From NCBI GenBank assembly GCA_937900255.1, contig CALCDZ010000003.1:191149-255148 (forward strand): a stretch of 64,000 bases of DNA, given 5' to 3'. Positions 27,753-36,474 of this stretch are shown one piece after another. The position numbers were made by a program, and so were the translations under genes. A model generated the notes under the pieces. That model was given only the letters and a program-made list of their open reading frames with translations, was not told the origin of the DNA and made no database searches. The stretch comes from an uncultured bacterium. GTDB lineage: Bacteria > Patescibacteriota > Patescibacteriia > SG8-24 > DYFX01. Each line of letters begins with the position of its first letter. The first letter of the stretch is position 1.

Positions 27753-28571
27753 ATGCGCCGCCCGCGAACTCTTCACGTCGTCATCCTTCTCCTTGCCCTT
27801 GCGGGTGCGGCATTCGCGTTCCGCGGCGTCATTCGTGACGAGATAGCATCCCGCACGAAGCCCGCATTGCCGATCGCTGAGCCGTATCATCCGTCACCGG
27901 TCGAAACGGCGACGGCGAGCGCGGTCGCTCCGACGCCCGGCAAGCCCGCGGCGGCGAAGGGACCTGACGTCAAACCGTCCGTCAAGACGCCGAGCGCTCC
28001 GTCCGAGGGCGTCAATTTGGCCGTCCCGTTCACGTCGCAGGCGCCGCATGCCGACTGGGCGATGCCTTACCAGGAAGCGTGCGAGGAGGCTTCGCTCGTG
28101 ATGGTCGATGCGTATTACCGCGGCGCCGGGAAATTCTCGCCGGACGAGGCCGACCGCAGGATCTTGGAGACGGTCGCGTGGGAGAAGGAGCACCTCGGTT
28201 TTTACGAGGACACCAACGCCGAAGAGGTCGCCGGGATCGGTCGGGAGTATTTCGGGTATGGAAAGACGCGCGCCGTCGAGATCCGTTCGATGGACGACGT
28301 GAAGAAGGAACTCGATCGCGGGGTGCCGGTGCTGCTCCCGGCCGCCGGTCGGCTGCTGCGGAACCCTTACTTCAGCGGGCAAGGGCCTCTCTACCACATG
28401 TTGGTGGTCAAGGGATATACGAGAGACGGGAAGATCATCACGGACGATCCCGGCACGCGGCACGGTGCCGACTACCTCTACGATCCCTCCGTGCTCTGGA
28501 ACGCCGTGCATGACTGGAACGGAGGAGACGTCGAGCACGGCCGCAAGGTCATGGTCCTGGTCGAAAAATGA
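27753..28571 (+). CDS. secreted peptidase-C39-like (papain-fold cysteine peptidase) domain protein
   Basis: The signal/TM MRRPRTLHVVILLLALAGAAFA is followed by a Pro/Ala-rich linker. Candidate catalytic Gln...Cys (SQAPHADWAMPYQEACEEAS), His (HMLVVKGY) and Asp (DDPG) residues resemble C39_2/BtrH-like domains. Confidence 0.6.
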   Translation: MRRPRTLHVVILLLALAGAAFAFRGVIRDEIASRTKPALPIAEPYHPSPVETATASAVAPTPGKPAAAKGPDVKPSVKTPSAPSEGVNLAVPFTSQAPHADWAMPYQEACEEASLVMVDAYYRGAGKFSPDEADRRILETVAWEKEHLGFYEDTNAEEVAGIGREYFGYGKTRAVEIRSMDDVKKELDRGVPVLLPAAGRLLRNPYFSGQGPLYHMLVVKGYTRDGKIITDDPGTRHGADYLYDPSVLWNAVHDWNGGDVEHGRKVMVLVEK

Positions 28572-28590
28572 TACGTTCCAAACGATACCT

Positions 28591-28815
28591 ATGGAATTCC
28601 TGACGTTCGACATCGAAGAGATCTATCAGCTCGTGAAGGAGCGGGCTTTGGCGGAGGGCGCCTTCACTCCGGAAGCCTGGTCCGACGTCATCGACCTGGT
28701 CATCCAGGAGCGGGAGGAGTCGGCCGAAGTCCATGACGACGAGGAGCTCTCGGCCGTCAAGGAGGATCTCAAGACCCGTTTTCCGGAGTTCGAGCAGGAG
28801 ATTCCGGAAGCGTGA
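28591..28815 (+). CDS. small acidic hypothetical protein (74 aa)
   Basis: The ATG at 28591 opens an Asp/Glu-rich helical peptide. A terminator follows immediately. Confidence 0.4.
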   Translation: MEFLTFDIEEIYQLVKERALAEGAFTPEAWSDVIDLVIQEREESAEVHDDEELSAVKEDLKTRFPEFEQEIPEA

Positions 28816-28828
28816 CCGGACGGAAAAA

Positions 28829-28852
28829 GAGCCCACGTGGTGGGCTCTTTTT
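28829..28852. terminator. bidirectional rho-independent terminator
   Basis: The stem GAGCCCAC-GTGG-TGGGCTC is flanked by an A-run and a T-run. It serves the small + strand gene and the - strand tRNA-Lys. Confidence 0.6.
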
Positions 28853-28928
28853 TGGTGGGTCGGCCGGGAATCGAACCCGGGACCATCAGCTTAAAAGGCT
28901 GTTGCTCTACCGGCTGAGCTACCGACCC
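28853..28928 (-). tRNA. tRNA-Lys (anticodon UUU)
   Basis: The reverse complement folds as a 76-nt cloverleaf (GGGTCGG/CCGACCC acceptor, GCTC/GAGC D-stem, anticodon loop CTTTTAA, T-arm CCGGG-TTCGATT-CCCGG) with an encoded CCA. Confidence 0.85.
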
Positions 28929-28983
28929 TCGGAGGCGTTGCAGGCCGAAGCGTATCAGAAAATGGGCGTCCTGGCAAGGCTTC

Positions 28984-29463
28984 GTGCTATACTGCGGGCA
29001 TATGGACTTCGTTCTCCCCTCGGAATTTCCGGCCGCTTTGATCGGTGCCGGTTCGGTCGTGCTCGTCGCCGGCGCCGTCGTCTGGACGGTCGCCCGCAGT
29101 TCGCACGGACCGTCGCGCGGGGAGTTGTTGGCGCTCGGCCTCCTTGCGGCGTCCGGTCTTTGGTCATGGAGCGCGCGCTCGGCCCTCGCCGAACGGCTTT
29201 TTTCGGACAGGAGCGGCATCGTCGAGGAAGCCTCCGCCCTGCGGTTGTCAGGGTACGCCGACTGCGCGGCCTACGTCGCCGGGACCGGCAAAGGGCACGA
29301 TGACGGCGCGGTCTGCACGATCGACGTGGTGAGCAGCCGCGGACGCTACGTTTCGGCGCGCCGCCCGCCTGCGGCGCAGGAGTCCCCGTGCGATGTCCTG
29401 GCCGTTCCCGAACTGCGCAAATGGACGTTCATCGACGGCTCCGTCCATGATTGGTGCGGATGA
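28984..29463 (+). CDS. hypothetical membrane protein
   Basis: The 159-aa ORF has two predicted TM helices and host-like codon usage. No family was recognised. Confidence 0.45.
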   Translation: MLYCGHMDFVLPSEFPAALIGAGSVVLVAGAVVWTVARSSHGPSRGELLALGLLAASGLWSWSARSALAERLFSDRSGIVEEASALRLSGYADCAAYVAGTGKGHDDGAVCTIDVVSSRGRYVSARRPPAAQESPCDVLAVPELRKWTFIDGSVHDWCG

Positions 29464-29472
29464 AGGCCGTCC

Positions 29473-30546
29473 CTACGGCTCGAACTTCACGGTCCCGCCG
29501 CGGTTCGCTCCGATGACGGAGTACCAGACCTGACCGTCGGCGAAGGGGATCTGCCGGCCGTCCTGGTCGAACACGCGCGTCCGATCGGACGGGCTTTTCT
29601 TTTTCCAACCGCCGACGACCGCCGTTCCGTCGCGGAAGACGGTCGCGTTCCCGCTGCCGACCGTCGCCACTCCGATCAGTCCCTTCGCGTGGGGGTCGTC
29701 GATCGGGATGACGTTTTCTTCCAGCACGACGAGCGTGCGAGGGGAGATGACGGTGCCGTCGCGGTCGCGCGCCGGGCGTCCGTCCCTGAGAAGGTCGTAG
29801 CTGCGAGTCGATGCGTTCCATCGGAAGGAAGCTTCGGCCCCTCCGCGCATGTACGTGAGGCGGATGCTGCCGGCCGGCGTTCCGATGGCCGAAAGCGCGG
29901 CCCGACTCGAGACGTCCGCGGCCTCGGTTTCTGCCGACCAGCCGTTCGCCTTGATGAGGTCGCGCAGCCGTCCTGTCGAGGTGTAGGCGTTGTGCGGAGC
30001 CGAGCGCGTCCGATCACGCCAGAAGGCCTTGCCGTCCTTGAACTCGTCCACGTCGTCGAGCCCGAACTTCCCGATCTTCAGGTCCTTCAACGCTTCGTCG
30101 CTGCCTCCGACGTGGGCGTAGACCGCGTCGGACTCGCTCGCCCAGACCTGGAAGTACGGGCGCGAGCTGCGGACGGGGCCGATCTCCTCCGCTTCCGCCC
30201 CGCGGAAGATCAGCATGTCGCGCGTCAGGCCGCCTTCGACCAACGCTTCCCAGACCGCGTCGGCCTTGGTGACGCCGGATTGCGGACGCGCATCCGGGTG
30301 ATTGTCGATCATGACGGCCAGCGGGCGGATGCGGGTCGGCGCGGCATCCGGTGCCGGTGGCGCGGCTTCGTTCCCGTTCAGGTTCCCGCGGCCGGAGGCG
30401 TCAAGAGGATTCCGGGCAAGCCGTATCCATCCGAAGTATGCCGCGGACATCAGCAGGATTCCCAAGAGCGCCATCAGCGCGGCCAGCTCGCGTTTCATGC
30501 GTGGTCTCATGTCTCTCATGATAGCGTCCGGATGCCGCGTTGACAA
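29473..30546 (-). CDS. DUF3048-domain protein (YerB-like lipoprotein family)
   Basis: An N-terminal anchor is followed by the conserved PLAVMIDNHPDARPQSGVTKADAVWEALVEGGLTR and a C-terminal DUF3048-like region. Confidence 0.7.
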   Translation of the reverse strand: MSTRHPDAIMRDMRPRMKRELAALMALLGILLMSAAYFGWIRLARNPLDASGRGNLNGNEAAPPAPDAAPTRIRPLAVMIDNHPDARPQSGVTKADAVWEALVEGGLTRDMLIFRGAEAEEIGPVRSSRPYFQVWASESDAVYAHVGGSDEALKDLKIGKFGLDDVDEFKDGKAFWRDRTRSAPHNAYTSTGRLRDLIKANGWSAETEAADVSSRAALSAIGTPAGSIRLTYMRGGAEASFRWNASTRSYDLLRDGRPARDRDGTVISPRTLVVLEENVIPIDDPHAKGLIGVATVGSGNATVFRDGTAVVGGWKKKSPSDRTRVFDQDGRQIPFADGQVWYSVIGANRGGTVKFEP

Positions 30547-30615
30547 ACCGCATTTTTGCGTCTTAAGTGTAGGCAGGTCATTCCCTTAACCCTTCACCGC
30601 GTAACGGAGGCACGG

Positions 30616-32205
30616 ATGGCGCATCATCAGAGCATCAACGCCTCGGAACCGCCGGTCGTCAGGGTGCATTACGCCTTCGGCGACTTCCATCTCGGCCAAG
30701 GACGTCGAGAGGACGGCACTTGGCATCCGATGGAAGATTTCAGGAGCGATCGGGAATTCCTCCTGATGCTTCGTCGTATCCACGAGACGCAACCGTCGAA
30801 CGTGGCCATCGTCCTGCACGCCAACGGGGACGTCTTCGACTTCATGGCCGTGCCGCACCGGGGTTCCTATCTGGCGGTCCCGACCGTCGAAGCGGCGCTC
30901 GGGGAGTTCCGGACGATCGCCGACGGGCATCCGGAGTTCTTCGAGGCGTTGCGTTGGTTCATGCAGGCGCGCCCGCTCGCCGAGCTCTCCTTCACGATCG
31001 GCAACCACGATCAGGACATGGCCTGGCCGGAACTCCAGGACGCCTTCCGCGCCCTGGTCGTCCCGCCTGACCAGCCGCAGCGCGTGCGTTTCGTGCGCGA
31101 GGAGCGCGTCGGAGCGGCCGTGATCCTGCATGGAGACCGCTTCGATCCGCTCAACGCGATCCCGTCCGAGGAAGAGATGTTCATCACGGACAAGAAGGGC
31201 GGCGGCATCCTGCCGTTCGCTTTCCTGGCCGTGCTCCTGACCCATGGCGCGCTCCTGGCGATCTTCAGGACCCCGCGGCTTCTCCTTTCGCCGGGCAACG
31301 TCGCGCTCGGACTGCTCGAGTTCCTCGCGGCGATGATCATCGTCGGTTGGGCTTGGGGCAAGCTGTATTTCTGGAAATGGGGCAAGGCGCAGCGGTTCAT
31401 GAACTATCCGCTGCCTTACTACATGAACGCGGGCCTGACGATGACCCTCAAGCGCCTGTTCATGCCGGACATCGGCCGGATGCAGGATCACGGCGCCGTC
31501 TGGATCTCGACGCTCGCGCGCTCGCCGTATTGGGCGCCGATCATCTGGATCTACCTGGCCTCGGACGTCCTGTTCCACATGTATTTCGTCGATCTCCTGA
31601 GCGTCCGCCGGAAGACGAGCCTTCGGACGGTGTGGGCGCTCTTGGCCAGCACGATGCACGCCGACCGCATCGATAAGGAACTGGACCGCTATGCCAAGGC
31701 CAATCCTGACGTGAAATACGTCGTGGCCGGCCATACGCACGTGCTGGGCGTGAAGAACGTCAACGTGGCCGACCGGCTCATGACCTACCTGAATCCAGGT
31801 ACTTGGATCGAGCAGCGCGACATGATCCTGCCGTCCGTGGAGACGCGTACGCCGTTCCCGAGGATCGAAGCCTTCTGCCGCCGGATCATCCTCACCTTCC
31901 GGCGCGCGCCCTGGATGTCGATGGCCGTCGTCCTTGTCCACATCTGCTTCGCCTCGTTCCCGATCCTGTGCGACCTGGCGTTCGGATGGTCGTTCGGGTT
32001 CCTGAAGTGGCTTCTTCCCGCGCTCTCCTTCTTTCTCCTGGCATGGCGCCTCTCGTACACGGAGTACAAGGGGCGGCCGTTCACCAAGCTGGCCGTCGTC
32101 CGGCTGGACGAGGCCGCCGACGGTGAGGTTAAGGCTTCGCTCGATTGCTACTTGCCTCCGTCGGCAGGGGAGGGCGGATACGGGCGGTTCGAAAACGCGC
32201 TGTAG
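30616..32205 (+). CDS. calcineurin-like metallophosphoesterase with a multi-helix membrane segment inserted inside the catalytic domain and additional C-terminal TM helices
   Basis: GGAGG lies 6 nt before the ATG at 30616. The motifs GDFHLG, GDVFD, GNHD and LHGDRFD are followed by about 190 aa of hydrophobic helices, then AGHTHV and C-terminal TM helices. Confidence 0.65.
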   Translation: MAHHQSINASEPPVVRVHYAFGDFHLGQGRREDGTWHPMEDFRSDREFLLMLRRIHETQPSNVAIVLHANGDVFDFMAVPHRGSYLAVPTVEAALGEFRTIADGHPEFFEALRWFMQARPLAELSFTIGNHDQDMAWPELQDAFRALVVPPDQPQRVRFVREERVGAAVILHGDRFDPLNAIPSEEEMFITDKKGGGILPFAFLAVLLTHGALLAIFRTPRLLLSPGNVALGLLEFLAAMIIVGWAWGKLYFWKWGKAQRFMNYPLPYYMNAGLTMTLKRLFMPDIGRMQDHGAVWISTLARSPYWAPIIWIYLASDVLFHMYFVDLLSVRRKTSLRTVWALLASTMHADRIDKELDRYAKANPDVKYVVAGHTHVLGVKNVNVADRLMTYLNPGTWIEQRDMILPSVETRTPFPRIEAFCRRIILTFRRAPWMSMAVVLVHICFASFPILCDLAFGWSFGFLKWLLPALSFFLLAWRLSYTEYKGRPFTKLAVVRLDEAADGEVKASLDCYLPPSAGEGGYGRFENAL

Positions 32206-32209
32206 GCGC

Positions 32210-32237
32210 AGACAGGGGATCCCCCCTGTTTTTTCTT
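32210..32237 (+). terminator. rho-independent terminator
   Basis: The stem ACAGGGG-ATC-CCCCTGT is followed by TTTTTTCTTCTT. Confidence 0.6.
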
Positions 32238-32276
32238 CTTGATTTTCCGGGCGGCAAGGCGTACGATTCCCGCACT

Positions 32277-32846
32277 ATGCCATCAGAAGATCTGCTCGAT
32301 CGGCTCAAGCGCGAACACGAGACGTTCGATGCCGCGCGGCGGGAGATCATCGCGCTTGCGGCGAAAGCGCAGAACGCCGCCAAGCGGGCGATTTTCGCCG
32401 TCCAGCGCGATGACGAGTCAGGCGCCAAGCTCCTGCTCACCGAGGCCGACCAAGCCTTTGAAGCGATCGGGGAAAAGGCTTCCGTGAACGCCCGGCTCGC
32501 GCACGAGGGTTCATATCGCGCGGCGCTGGAAGAGTATGCCGAGGCGCGTTTCGTCGCGCAGCTCGCCTGGAACCGCGGCCTGACGCCGATCGAAGGCATG
32601 GATGAAGAGACCCAGATCGCGGGACTTTGCGACGCCGTCGGGGAAGCCGTCCGACTGATGGTCACCCGCGTCACCGCCAAGCGCGACGCGGAAGCCGGCG
32701 AGATCAAGAAACGTCTCGACGCCCTGATGCCAGGTCTCGACGCCATGGATTATTCCGGCTACCTCCGCACCAAATACGACCAGGCGCGCGGCCACTACCG
32801 TCGGGCTGAAGACGTGATGTACGAGCTTTCCCTCCGTGGCCGCTGA
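32277..32846 (+). CDS. helical hypothetical protein, possibly translin-family
   Basis: The ATG at 32277 opens a 189-aa all-helical protein. The motif IAGLCDAVGEAVRLMV resembles the translin [IL]xGLxDxxGExxR signature. The assignment is tentative. Confidence 0.4.
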   Translation: MPSEDLLDRLKREHETFDAARREIIALAAKAQNAAKRAIFAVQRDDESGAKLLLTEADQAFEAIGEKASVNARLAHEGSYRAALEEYAEARFVAQLAWNRGLTPIEGMDEETQIAGLCDAVGEAVRLMVTRVTAKRDAEAGEIKKRLDALMPGLDAMDYSGYLRTKYDQARGHYRRAEDVMYELSLRGR

Positions 32847-32865
32847 AACGGCGGAGAGTCACCGT

Positions 32866-34296
32866 ATGCTCCCGGATTTCAAAGGCCTCCGCGTGACCGT
32901 CATGGGCTTGGGGCTCAACCAAGGCGGTTTGGGCGTGTCGAAATGGTTGCTGCGGCAAGGCGCGAGGCTGACGGTCACGGACCTCAAGGACCGCCGCGCC
33001 CTCAAGACGTCGATCGACGCTTTGGAAGCGTTCCGTAAGGCGCTCGGTCGGAATGCTCGTCCGGTCCGCTACGTGCTCGGTCGGCATCGTGACGAGGATT
33101 TCCGGGACACGGGCATGATCATCCGGAACCCGGGCGTCCCGCGCGGTTCGAAGTATCTGGAGATCGCGCGACAGGCGGGCGTGCCGGTGGAATCGGACAT
33201 GTCGATCTTCTTCGGCCTCTGCACGCATCCGATCATCGGCGTGTCCGGCACCAAGGGCAAGACGACCGTCACGGCCTTGATCGGCGCGATGCTCGAAGCG
33301 GCGTTCGGCAGGACGCTCGTGGCCGGCAACATCCGCACCTCGCCGCTCGGCTCGCCCGCGATGACCTCGAAGAAGGCCGTACCGATCGTCCTCGAACTCT
33401 CGTCCTGGCAGCTGGAAGGCCTCGCGCATGCCAAGCGCAGTCCGGACATCGCCGTGCTGACCAACGTCCTGCCGGATCACCTGAACCGGTATGACGGCAT
33501 GGAGGAGTATGCCGCCGCCAAGGAGCTGATCTACGCTTGGCAGCTCCCGACCGACATCGCCATCGTCCCGCTCGATAACGCATATACGAGGAAGATGGGC
33601 GCGCGCGTCCGCGGCGAGCGTTTTTGGGCTTCGATGAAAACCGTCTCGGACGGGCAGAATGGCCTGTACTATCGCGGCAAGAAGGCGATCTTGCGCACCC
33701 AAGGGATCGAGACGGTCCTGTTCGATGTTTCTGACGTCCGATTGCCCGGAGAACATAACGCCTGGAACGCGCTCCTCGCCGCCGGGGCATCGTACCTGCG
33801 CGGCGCTCAGCCCCAGGCGATCCGTAAGGCCCTCCGCGCCTTCAAGGGTGTCCCGCATCGCCTCGAGCGCGTGCGCGATCTGCGCGGCGTCAGCTATTGG
33901 AACGACACCGCCGCCACCATGCCGGAAGCCTCGATTGCCGCAATGGAAACCATTTTCGGGAAAAAGAAAGGCGTGCTCATCGCCGGCGGGGCCGACAAGG
34001 AGCTGGAGTTCGGCGCGTGGGCGCAGGCCGTCAAACGGCGCGCGAAAGACGTCATCCTGTTCGAAGGCACGGCCACGCCCAAGATGGCTGCGGCGCTTTC
34101 CGCCGCCGGCGTCCGCGTCGGGGAAACCGTCCGCTCGATGCGCGAAGCCATGGTTCATGCCGCACGCGCCGCCAAGAAAGGCGAGGCCGTGCTGCTCTCG
34201 CCCGGCTGCGCCTCCTTCGGCCTCTTCATCAACGAGTTCGACCGCGGCGATCAGTTCCGGAGCGAGGTACGGAGGCTGAGGAGAGCGCGATTTTAA
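32866..34296 (+). CDS. murD: UDP-N-acetylmuramoylalanine--D-glutamate ligase
   Basis: MurD motifs are present (GVSGTKGKTTVTALIGAML, NDSKATN-like, C-terminal GGxDKxxE region). The ORF begins at 32836, and the chosen start is MLPDFKGLRVTVMGLG. Confidence 0.85.
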   Translation: MLPDFKGLRVTVMGLGLNQGGLGVSKWLLRQGARLTVTDLKDRRALKTSIDALEAFRKALGRNARPVRYVLGRHRDEDFRDTGMIIRNPGVPRGSKYLEIARQAGVPVESDMSIFFGLCTHPIIGVSGTKGKTTVTALIGAMLEAAFGRTLVAGNIRTSPLGSPAMTSKKAVPIVLELSSWQLEGLAHAKRSPDIAVLTNVLPDHLNRYDGMEEYAAAKELIYAWQLPTDIAIVPLDNAYTRKMGARVRGERFWASMKTVSDGQNGLYYRGKKAILRTQGIETVLFDVSDVRLPGEHNAWNALLAAGASYLRGAQPQAIRKALRAFKGVPHRLERVRDLRGVSYWNDTAATMPEASIAAMETIFGKKKGVLIAGGADKELEFGAWAQAVKRRAKDVILFEGTATPKMAAALSAAGVRVGETVRSMREAMVHAARAAKKGEAVLLSPGCASFGLFINEFDRGDQFRSEVRRLRRARF

Positions 34297-34546
34297 CTTT
34301 CACGATCGCCGTCAGGACGAGCAGCGAAGCCGCAAGGACGATACCCAGCGCTGAGAGCGCCTCGCCGAGTTCTCCTGGCGCATTGATGTTCTTCTCGTTC
34401 GAAAGGAGATACGCGCTCACCAGGCCGAAAGTGCCGATGGCTGAAAGCCAGATCGCCGCGAGGATTTTCATGGGCATGAGCGGTGAATGATTCGACCAGG
34501 TTTCAATGATAACGGGAAAGCGAAAATTTTTGAATGGCTTTTCCAT
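34229..34546 (-). CDS. small two-TM membrane protein (hypothetical)
   Basis: MPMKILAAIWLSAIGTFGLVSAYLL...LGIVLAASLLVLTAIV has two TM helices. Its 3' end overlaps the murD 3' end by about 68 nt, which lowers confidence. Confidence 0.35.
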   Translation of the reverse strand: MEKPFKNFRFPVIIETWSNHSPLMPMKILAAIWLSAIGTFGLVSAYLLSNEKNINAPGELGEALSALGIVLAASLLVLTAIVKVKIALSSASVPRSGTDRRGRTR

Positions 34547-34672
34547 ATGCGGGCTTACGGGTTGGGCATGGATACAAGCCTATTGCACCGGCCTGCCGCG
34601 TCATGTACTCTGCGTACAGTCTTGGGAATCGGATAGCTGAAACGGCAGTTCTTTATCACGAAGGGGAAAGAC

Positions 34673-35143
34673 ATGGAGCCCACGGCTTACCAGATGAACC
34701 TGTTCATCAAGGCGCTCGTCCTGCGCGTCCTACGCGAGAAAGGGCCGATGTCCGGCGAGGTACTCGCCGCTCGCGTCGAGGAGCGGTGCTCGGCGGTTGG
34801 CGCACAGCTTCCCGGTCTCGATTTCGTGGGGTGGGCAGGGACGACGATATGGGGGCTCCTCGGGAATTTTGAAGAGTGCGACTATCTGGAGTGCTCCTCC
34901 CCGCCGCCGATGGACGCCGCCGCGTGGCAGACCGCCCATATCGCTTTGACCTCGCGCGGCGAGGAGTTTCTCCTGGCGGCGGAACGGGAGCTCGGCTCCT
35001 TTTCCGATCCTTCGCGCGGCACGTCGGCCGATGTTCAGACGGTGCTCTCTTCTCCGCTGCCGCGGGTGCCACCGCTTGAGCACCCACTCCCGCTCGACGC
35101 TCACTCGGTCGAAGAAGGGCGGCGGCTCGGCTATTGCCGATAG
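34673..35143 (+). CDS. hypothetical protein
   Basis: The 156-aa ORF has host-like codon usage. No family was recognised. Confidence 0.5.
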   Translation: MEPTAYQMNLFIKALVLRVLREKGPMSGEVLAARVEERCSAVGAQLPGLDFVGWAGTTIWGLLGNFEECDYLECSSPPPMDAAAWQTAHIALTSRGEEFLLAAERELGSFSDPSRGTSADVQTVLSSPLPRVPPLEHPLPLDAHSVEEGRRLGYCR

Positions 35144-35151
35144 GTGCTGCG

Positions 35152-35177
35152 GGGCGCTCAGGCGCCTTTTTTCTTCG
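35152..35177 (+). terminator. rho-independent terminator
   Basis: The stem GGCGC-TCAG-GCGCC is followed by TTTTTT. Confidence 0.5.
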
Positions 35178-35265
35178 GCATCTTGACATGCTTCGGGAGT
35201 CATGATGCCATGGGCGCGCTCGGTACGTTTCGTATCCATTGGATTCACGGAAGGGAAGGTCATTC

Positions 35266-35568
35266 ATGAGACGGGAAAGAAAGACGACAGGGGTCGCCCC
35301 GCTGACGCCGCGCGAACAGCAGGTGTTCATCCGGTTGGCGCAGGGCCTGCCCAATCAGGAGATCGCGGACGAACTCGGGATCAGCGTCAAGACCGTCGAT
35401 ACGCATCGCGGCCATGTGCTGGACAAGCTCGACCTTCGTCACAACGGCGACCTCACCTGGTTCGCTCTCCGGTGCGGTTATCTCACGCTTGAGGAACGGG
35501 ACGTGGTGCCTGACAGGGGCTTGGCTCGCGCCGACGACCCTCCGTTCGTCCCTGCGGCTGGACCGTAG
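35266..35568 (+). CDS. stand-alone LuxR/GerE-type HTH transcriptional regulator
   Basis: The LuxR C-terminal HTH reads LTPREQQVFIRLAQGLPNQEIADELGISVKTVDTHRGHVLDKL. No receiver or ligand domain is present. Confidence 0.75.
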   Translation: MRRERKTTGVAPLTPREQQVFIRLAQGLPNQEIADELGISVKTVDTHRGHVLDKLDLRHNGDLTWFALRCGYLTLEERDVVPDRGLARADDPPFVPAAGP

Positions 35569-35702
35569 ATCTTCGCACGCGCTTTCCGGCGGTGCGTTTT
35601 TGTTTTCCTGATCCGGGTCTTGGAGAGGCTTGACATCCAAGGGTTTCCGTGTTGAGATGCTGCGTCATCCGTCCGCATGAACCAGAGCCAAGGAGGCAGA
35701 CG

Positions 35703-36422
35703 ATGACGAACATGGACGGTCTTTCTTCCGCTGAACGGGATGCTCTCAAGGCCCGCGCTGACGCCTGGTACGACACCTACGCCGCCTCGCTGCGGCGCAT
35801 CGCGGACGATCCGCGCGCCACGCTGGAACGGCTCATCGACGTCGTGTGGCGGGAGGGTATCCTTGAGCATGTCTCTCCCTTGAAGGACGACGTGCGTGAG
35901 GCTCGCCGCGCCCTCGGAAGGACGCTTTGGCGAGAGCGGAACGACCCGGTCCTGTACTGGAGGATCCAGTACGCGATGGAGCATCTGCGTTCGACGGTCG
36001 GTCATACCATGACGATCGGATCCCATGCGACGGCGATCGTCGAGCTCTGCAGGGCGATGGGCGGGCAGGAAAGGGAACGGCTCGTCTCGCTCTTCCCGAA
36101 GCTCAAGCATCATCCGAGCTGGCCGTGGTACGCGCACGCCTGCACCCTGCTGGGTGAACGCGCGCGCGGAGAGCTCCGTGCGCGGGGCATGACACCCCAC
36201 GACCCGGCCCTTTCGAAGGGTTCGATCGGCCGCTTCAAGGATATCCCATGCATGATCGATCGGATCGTCGACGATGGCACCTTTTACATGAGGGCCGTCG
36301 ATCGCCGGGATACGGTGCGGTTCATGGACCTCGTGGAGTCGCTCCGGACGGACGAGCGGTCATTCTGTCTCTGTCCGAGCCGTCTCGACGCGCGTCTGTT
36401 CGAGAAAAAGGACAAGCGCTGA
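35703..36422 (+). CDS. hypothetical protein
   Basis: AAGGAGG lies 7 nt before the ATG at 35703. The 239-aa protein matched no recognised family. Confidence 0.5.
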   Translation: MTNMDGLSSAERDALKARADAWYDTYAASLRRIADDPRATLERLIDVVWREGILEHVSPLKDDVREARRALGRTLWRERNDPVLYWRIQYAMEHLRSTVGHTMTIGSHATAIVELCRAMGGQERERLVSLFPKLKHHPSWPWYAHACTLLGERARGELRARGMTPHDPALSKGSIGRFKDIPCMIDRIVDDGTFYMRAVDRRDTVRFMDLVESLRTDERSFCLCPSRLDARLFEKKDKR

Positions 36423-36474
36423 TTCCGCATCCGGCTCCGGATGCGTTTTTTTGTCCGTATGCTATCCTGGGCCC

